A DNA stretch of 63,888 nt, filler included, from Acidimicrobiia bacterium (lineage in GTDB: Bacteria; Actinomycetota; Acidimicrobiia; Spongiisociales; CAZKJJ01): NCBI GenBank assembly GCA_046759765.1. It is 4 parts of 4 records of this genome, joined end to end, with 100 filler letters (N's around TTAATTAATTAA, not from the genome) between each part and the next. Parts side by side here need not be neighbours in the genome. Positions count along the whole stretch, not along the records: positions 57,691 to 63,888 come from JBHICV010000139.1; 3 more parts are not named here. The stretch is one strand, 5' to 3'. The first letter of the stretch is position 1, and every line of letters begins with the position of its first letter. This document shows, piece after piece, positions 58,380-63,888 of this stretch. Under the pieces are notes generated by a model. The model ran no database searches. It saw only the letters and a list, made by a program, of their open reading frames with translations, and was not told where the DNA came from. The position numbers and the translations under genes are program-made.

Positions 58380-59911
58380 GCCGACGGCTCATTCTCATAT
58401 GGGTGGTCGTGCTGGTCGCCTGGGGCGGTCTCGCCCTGGTCTTCGTTTCCGATAACAGCCCGAAGCTCGGCCTCGACCTCCAAGGCGGTACCTCGGTGAT
58501 CCTTCGGGCACCGGAGGGCACGGAACCCGATGTCCTCGAAGTGGCAGTCGAGCTTATGCGAACCCGTATCGAGGACCTGGGCGGCGTACAGGAGCCGGAG
58601 ATTTCGATTTCGGGCGACAGCGGTGTTCTTGTTGATCTGCCTGGAGTCGTGGACCAGAACCGAGCGCTTGATGCCATCGGCCAGACTGGGGCGCTTTCGT
58701 TTCGTCCGGTGCTCAAGGTCGGTGTGGCTGGAGTCAGCCCGCTCTTGCTGGATCGTTTACTCCCCCCCGATCCCGGAGATGAAGAGACGGGAGAGACAGC
58801 GCCCACCACCACCATTCCGCTCCCGGCCGGCGTGGACGAGAACGGTCTGACCATTTTGGATGACCCTGCCCGGGAAGCGTGGCTGGCTCAAACCGCCGAG
58901 GACGGAACGGTGGTCGCTGTCTATCACGTGGGACCCGCGTTCCTCGTCGGCGCGGATGTGGCCGACGCTCGGGCGATCTTCGGATCATCTGGCGGAGCGG
59001 GCACGCCGCTGGTCGGCGCGTCAGGATTCGGAGAATGGATCGTTCAGCTGGACTTCACGGCCGAGGGCGCGGACAGATTCGCCGAGGTCACCAGGACTCT
59101 GGCCTCCTTCGGCTTCAATGATCCGCGCCGCCAGCTGGCGATCGTGCTCGACGGCGAGGTGGTCTCGGCACCAGGTATCGCCCAAACCGTCGACCCGACC
59201 GAAGGCATAACGGGGGGATCGGCCACGATCACCATGGGCAGCGGCGACCAGGAAGCCGCCTCCAACGACCTGGCAGTCGTGCTCCGATACGGAGCCCTGC
59301 CCGTCCCCTTCGAGCGAGACCAAGTCCAGACAGTTTCGGCCACTCTTGGTGAGGACGCCCTGCGCGCCGGCCTCGTTGCCGGGCTCGCCGGGCTCGTTCT
59401 CGTTCTGGGCGTGATGGTGGCCCTATACCGGGCACTGGGCCTGGTGACCGTGGTCGGATTGACCGTTTTCGGGTCACTCATCGTGATGACTTTCGGCGTG
59501 CTCGGAACTGTCATTGGTCTGACCCTCACCCTCGCCGGGGTGGCCGGAGTGATCGTGGCCATCGGAATCACCGCTGATTCATACATCGTCTATTTCGAGA
59601 GAATCAAGGAAGAGGTACGAAAGGGCCGCAACATCCGAGCTGCCGTGTCCGAGGGCTTCGATCGGGCTTTAAAGACGATCCTCACTGCCGACTCAGTTTC
59701 CTTCCTGGGGGCCTTCCTGTTGTGGGCGCTGGCCGTCGGGCCGGTCAAGGGCTTCGCCCTCGCCCTCGGAATCGCAACGCTCATCGACGTGTTCGTTGCC
59801 TACTTCTTCACCCGGCCGGCGGTTGCCTGGCTTGCATCGGGACCGCTGGCCGAGAGCGGAGCCTTCAGCATTCGGCGAGCCGCCCGCGTCCCGGCGGAGG
59901 CCACGACATGA
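58376..59911 (+). CDS. secD: Protein translocase subunit SecD
   Basis: LGLDLQGG, LAIVLDG, YGALP, DSYIVYFERIKEE and VKGFA motifs. Confidence 0.97.
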   Translation: MSRRLILIWVVVLVAWGGLALVFVSDNSPKLGLDLQGGTSVILRAPEGTEPDVLEVAVELMRTRIEDLGGVQEPEISISGDSGVLVDLPGVVDQNRALDAIGQTGALSFRPVLKVGVAGVSPLLLDRLLPPDPGDEETGETAPTTTIPLPAGVDENGLTILDDPAREAWLAQTAEDGTVVAVYHVGPAFLVGADVADARAIFGSSGGAGTPLVGASGFGEWIVQLDFTAEGADRFAEVTRTLASFGFNDPRRQLAIVLDGEVVSAPGIAQTVDPTEGITGGSATITMGSGDQEAASNDLAVVLRYGALPVPFERDQVQTVSATLGEDALRAGLVAGLAGLVLVLGVMVALYRALGLVTVVGLTVFGSLIVMTFGVLGTVIGLTLTLAGVAGVIVAIGITADSYIVYFERIKEEVRKGRNIRAAVSEGFDRALKTILTADSVSFLGAFLLWALAVGPVKGFALALGIATLIDVFVAYFFTRPAVAWLASGPLAESGAFSIRRAARVPAEATT

Positions 59912-60966
59912 GCTTCGCTCGGGACCTCTATTACGGCCAGACCCAGATCGACTTCGTCGGGCGCCGGAGAACATGGTTCGTCATCTCCGCGGTTGCCATC
60001 GCGATCTCGCTTGGGAGCCTGGCCGTGCGACAGCTGAACCTCAGCCTCGACTTTCGCGGCGGCGTCTCTGTGCAGGTCCCCAACGAATCCGGCGCCGCGG
60101 TCGCCGACGTGCGTGCTGCCTTGGCCGGCGTAGGACTGGCGGACGCCAAGATCCAACTGCTCGACGGAGGAGCAGCCATACGTGTCCAAACGGAAGCCCT
60201 CTCCGGCGAAGCCGAGCGGCAGCTGACGGACGCCGTTACCGAAGCTGCGGGTGTCACTATCGCCGACGTTTCCGTCGTCTCGGTGGGGCCAACCTTCGGG
60301 GCCCAGATCTCCAGTGCGGCGCTACGAGCGCTGGTCATCTTCCTCGCTTCCGTTTCCCTCTTCATCTCGTGGCGATTCGGCTGGGAGTGGAAGATGGCAT
60401 TAGCCGCGCTGACGGCTCTCTTCCACGACCTCGTGATTACCTTCGGTGCCTATGCCGTGTTCGGCTTCGAGGTCACGCCGGCCACCGTCATCGCGGTGCT
60501 GACGATCCTCGGCTACTCGCTCTACGACACGGTGGTCGTATTCGACAAGGTCAAGGAGAACGAGATCGAAGCCCAGGGCAAGCTCACCTACTCCGAGATC
60601 GTCAACGTGTCTATGAACGATGTGCTCATGCGCTCCATCATGACCTCGTTGACGAGCCTGATACCGGTCGGGAGCCTCCTCTTTGTAGGCTCGTACATCC
60701 TGGGAGCCGCCACTCTCTCTGAGTTCGCACTGGCGCTGTTCGTCGGAATCGCCGCCGGCACCTACTCGTCGATATTCGTGGCGTCGCCGCTGCTGGCCAC
60801 CTGGAAGGAGCGGGAGGAGGCCTGGATCCGGGTGCGACGCAAGCAGGCCAGAGGAGGCGTCGCGCCCGAGACGGTTCCCGTCGGCGCCGCCCAAGCCCCG
60901 GTTCGGCCGCTGCCTTCGTCCGAGGCCACGCCGCGGCCGCCGAAGAAGCGCCGCAAGCGCCGCTAG
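59908..60966 (+). CDS. secF: Protein translocase subunit SecF
   Basis: DFRGG, VGPTFG, FHD, GYSLYDTVVVFD and GTYSSIFVA motifs; ATGA overlap. Confidence 0.97.
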   Translation: MSFARDLYYGQTQIDFVGRRRTWFVISAVAIAISLGSLAVRQLNLSLDFRGGVSVQVPNESGAAVADVRAALAGVGLADAKIQLLDGGAAIRVQTEALSGEAERQLTDAVTEAAGVTIADVSVVSVGPTFGAQISSAALRALVIFLASVSLFISWRFGWEWKMALAALTALFHDLVITFGAYAVFGFEVTPATVIAVLTILGYSLYDTVVVFDKVKENEIEAQGKLTYSEIVNVSMNDVLMRSIMTSLTSLIPVGSLLFVGSYILGAATLSEFALALFVGIAAGTYSSIFVASPLLATWKEREEAWIRVRRKQARGGVAPETVPVGAAQAPVRPLPSSEATPRPPKKRRKRR

Positions 60967-60971
60967 CAGCG

Positions 60972-61038
60972 CAGCATTCAGTTCTCAGTTTTCAGTCCTC
61001 AGTCGGAACTGATTGCTGATAACTGATGACTGATAACT
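60972..61038. repeat. 7-nt period CAG array with mirrored CTG array (long hairpin)
   Basis: CAGCATT CAGTTCT CAGTTTT CAGTCCT CAGTCGGAA CTGATTG CTGATAA CTGATGA CTGATAA. Confidence 0.85.
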
Positions 61039-61047
61039 CTCTCGACG

Positions 61048-61062
61048 TACAATCTCTCTATG
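61048..61062 (+). promoter_or_regulatory. Leaderless promoter of apt (TACAAT-N6-ATG)
   Basis: Near-consensus -10 six nt before the start codon; no Shine-Dalgarno. Confidence 0.65.
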
Positions 61063-61587
61063 GACATCGACGCCCTGCGTGCGCTGGTTCGCGACATTCC
61101 GGACTTCCCGGAAGAAGGGATCGTCTTCAAGGACATCACCCCGGTTCTCGCCAGCCGCGAAGCGCTGGCGCAGGTGGTGGACGGCCTCGCCGAGCCGTTC
61201 CGAGAGACGGGGGTCGACATCGTGGCAGGGATCGAAGCGCGCGGTTTCATCCTGGCGACGCCGGTAGCCGACGTTCTCGGCTCGGGCTTCGTTCCGGTTC
61301 GGAAGCCCGGAAAGCTGCCCTATCAAACCCAACGCGAGGAGTACGAGCTCGAGTACGGAACCGACGCGTTGGAAGTTCATATCGACGCGGCTCGACCAGG
61401 CGAGAAGGTCCTGATCGTGGACGATGTTCTCGCCACGGGAGGAACCGCATCGGCGGCGGCGCGGCTGTTGAGCTCACTCGGAGCAGAGGTGGTCGGAGTC
61501 AGCGTCTTCATCGAGCTGGGGTTCCTCGGTGGCCGTGCCCAGCTCGACGGCCTCCCTTTCTATTCGATGGTCACCTATGACGACTGA
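61060..61587 (+). CDS. apt: Adenine phosphoribosyltransferase
   Basis: PDFP..GI.FKDITP, EARGF, RKPGKLP and VDDVLATGGT motifs. Confidence 0.97.
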   Translation: MDIDALRALVRDIPDFPEEGIVFKDITPVLASREALAQVVDGLAEPFRETGVDIVAGIEARGFILATPVADVLGSGFVPVRKPGKLPYQTQREEYELEYGTDALEVHIDAARPGEKVLIVDDVLATGGTASAAARLLSSLGAEVVGVSVFIELGFLGGRAQLDGLPFYSMVTYDD

Positions 61588-63772
61588 AAGACCCACCGAC
61601 GCCGCCCGCATCGAGCTCGACACGCTCCTCCGGCTCCATGAGGAGCACAACCCGAGCGCGGCAGCGGACGGCATCATCTCCGCCTACGAGCTGGCACAGC
61701 TCAAGCACGATGGCCAGATGCGGCTGTCAGGCGAGCCGTTCATCAGCCATCCGATGGCGGTGGCCGAGATACTCGCCGGCTACGGCCTCGATGAGGCGAC
61801 CATCATCGCTGCCCTGCTCCACGACACGATCGAGGACACCGACCTGACGGTCTCCGAAGTCGGGAACCTGTATGGAGAAGAGGTGGCCGAGATGATCGAC
61901 GGTGTCACCAAGCTGGATCGGGTCTCCTTCTCTTCACCCGAGGAGGCCCAAGCCGCCTCCATTCGCAAGATGGTGGTGGCGATGGCCCAGGACGTGCGGG
62001 TTCTCTTGATCAAGCTGGCCGACCGGCTACACAACCTCCGTACCATCGCGCCCCTTCGCCCGGAGAAGCAGGAGAGAATCGCCCGCGAGTCCCTGGAGGT
62101 CTACGCACCCCTGGCCCACCGTCTAGGAGTCCAGGAGATAAAGCACGAGATGGAGGACCGAGCCTTCCAGATCCTCTACCCCAAGCGTTACTCCGAGATC
62201 GAGGAGCTAATCGAGCGGCGAGCGCCGGAACGGGAGCAATACCTTCAGAAGGTGGTCGAGGAAGTGGCTGGAGCCCTGGCGGAGGCGGGCATCACGGCCG
62301 AGGTCACCGGCCGTCCGAAGCACTTCTATTCGATCTACCGCAAGATGATCTCGACTGCCCAGGCCTTCGACGAGATCTACGACCTGATTGGCATCAGGGT
62401 CCTAACCGAGGACCTACCCGCTTGCTATGCCGCGCTCGGCCTGGTGCATTCGATGTGGCCTCCGATTCACGGGCGGTTCAAGGACTACGTGGCGATGCCT
62501 AAGTTCAACCTCTACCAAAGCCTCCATACCACGGTCATCGGTCCCGACGGCAAGCCGCTCGAGGTCCAGATCAGGACCAACGAAATGAACGAACGCGCCG
62601 AGTTCGGCATCGCCGCTCACTGGCGTTACAAGGAAGGGGTCGGGCCGGAAGACCTGCCCTGGATGGCGGACATGCGCTTCCTTCAAGACGAGCAGGCCGA
62701 CCCCAGCGAATTCCTCGCTGATCTGAAGCTCGATCTGTACCGCGACGAGGTCTTCGTCCTCACTCCGAAGGGAGACGTCAGAGTGCTTCCGGTCGGGGCT
62801 ACGCCGGTGGACTTCGCCTACTCGATTCATACCGATGTTGGGCATCGATGCCAGGGAGCAAAGGTGAACGGCCGCATGGTCTCCCTCGACCATGTGCTCG
62901 AGTCCGGAGATGTAGTCGAGATCCTCGTGGCGCGCTCCGAGGAAGCAGGGCCCAGCCGCGACTGGCTGGGCTTCATCGGCACTTCTCGAGCTCGCACGAA
63001 GATCAAGCAGTGGTTCTCGCGTCAGCGCCGCGAGGAGGCGCTGGCCTCCGGTAAACAGCAGGTGGGGGAGAAGGTAAGGCGCGAGGGACTGGGTCTGTCT
63101 GCGGCCGAACGCCAGCGTCTGCTGACCGAGGTCTCCGACGATCTCGGCTATTCCGATGTCGACTCGATGCTGGTTGCGGTCGGTGAAGGCGGGTTGAGCG
63201 CTAGCACCATCTCGACTCGGATCAGACGAGTGGTCCAGCCCCCGGTGGTGGACGAAGAGCTCGAGGCCTTCGTTGGTCCACCCGAGACGCGCCGCGCCCA
63301 GCCGATCTCGTCCGGGGTAATCGTCGAAGGACTGGATGATGTATGGGTGCGAATCGCTCGCTGCTGCGCGCCCGTTCCCGGTGACGGCATCGTGGGCTTC
63401 GTAACCGTCGGCAGGGGAGTTTCCGTCCACCGCGACGACTGCACCAACGTCGCCGCCCTCGACCAGCGCAAGGAACGGATGATCGAAGTCATGTGGGCAC
63501 CTGAGCGGGTCGGCCGGTTTGCGGTCTGGCTACAAGTCGAGGCGCTAGACAGGCCCCGCCTTCTCCGTGACGTGACCTCAGTGATCTCGGAAGTGGGCGG
63601 CAACATACTCGCCTCCTCCTCCAGCACCGGAAGGGACCGGGTGGCGATGCTCCGCTACGAGGTCGAGCTCAGCGATCCGCTCCAGGTCGATCGGATCATC
63701 TCTGAGATCGACGACGTGGAAGGTGTGTTTGACGTCTACCGGCTGCTGCCACGAGGACCCAAGACCGGCTAG
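61577..63772 (+). CDS. relA: Bifunctional (p)ppGpp synthetase/hydrolase Rel
   Basis: HD hydrolase (LLHDTIED), synthetase (YQSLHT, EVQIRT), TGS, CC zinc motif and ACT domain. Confidence 0.97.
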   Translation: MTTERPTDAARIELDTLLRLHEEHNPSAAADGIISAYELAQLKHDGQMRLSGEPFISHPMAVAEILAGYGLDEATIIAALLHDTIEDTDLTVSEVGNLYGEEVAEMIDGVTKLDRVSFSSPEEAQAASIRKMVVAMAQDVRVLLIKLADRLHNLRTIAPLRPEKQERIARESLEVYAPLAHRLGVQEIKHEMEDRAFQILYPKRYSEIEELIERRAPEREQYLQKVVEEVAGALAEAGITAEVTGRPKHFYSIYRKMISTAQAFDEIYDLIGIRVLTEDLPACYAALGLVHSMWPPIHGRFKDYVAMPKFNLYQSLHTTVIGPDGKPLEVQIRTNEMNERAEFGIAAHWRYKEGVGPEDLPWMADMRFLQDEQADPSEFLADLKLDLYRDEVFVLTPKGDVRVLPVGATPVDFAYSIHTDVGHRCQGAKVNGRMVSLDHVLESGDVVEILVARSEEAGPSRDWLGFIGTSRARTKIKQWFSRQRREEALASGKQQVGEKVRREGLGLSAAERQRLLTEVSDDLGYSDVDSMLVAVGEGGLSASTISTRIRRVVQPPVVDEELEAFVGPPETRRAQPISSGVIVEGLDDVWVRIARCCAPVPGDGIVGFVTVGRGVSVHRDDCTNVAALDQRKERMIEVMWAPERVGRFAVWLQVEALDRPRLLRDVTSVISEVGGNILASSSSTGRDRVAMLRYEVELSDPLQVDRIISEIDDVEGVFDVYRLLPRGPKTG

Positions 63773-63888
63773 CCGATTGGCCTAAGTCCGGGCGGGCGAT
63801 CCGTCGATAACGCCTCATGGCCCGAAGAGGGTTTGAAGGCGCGCGCCACGGTGGGGAACTAGTTACGCCTGCGAAGCGGAAAATGACG

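Noticed and set aside
63773..63888. Sequence after rel
   Set aside because: Too short to assign any feature

Overview
High-GC (~65%) actinobacterial DNA, most consistent with an Acidimicrobiia genome or MAG (inferred from gene content and order). The window is four contigs joined by artificial N-TTAATTAATTAA-N spacers (19826-19925, 39035-39134, 57591-57690), so adjacency across the spacers means nothing. Contig 1 holds accessory and envelope genes: an ECF sigma factor with a tandem-domain anti-sigma candidate, an L,D-transpeptidase, an LCP ligase, a WbpB/E/D-like sugar pathway, FetAB and a cytochrome c. Contig 2 holds the edge of a tyrosine-integrase element at tRNA-Pro(GGG), then the core tlyA-nadK-pyrG-nudF-ald-xerD-scpAB-rluB/cmk-(ispH)-der block. 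Contig 3 holds a probable selenocysteine NAD-linked formate dehydrogenase operon (in-frame UGA plus SECIS, split and permuted alpha subunit) coupled to fhs. It also has a PAS kinase, sigK-rskA, a HisA paralogue lacking its catalytic Asp, a 5'-truncated copper amine oxidase and an amino-acid ABC transporter. Contig 4 is tgt-yajC-secDF-apt-rel. Non-coding highlights are three 7-nt-period CAG arrays (two forming hairpins), candidate integrase arm sites and many leaderless promoters. Three small ORFs missed by the ORF track were also found. All calls come from reading motifs by eye; no searches were run.
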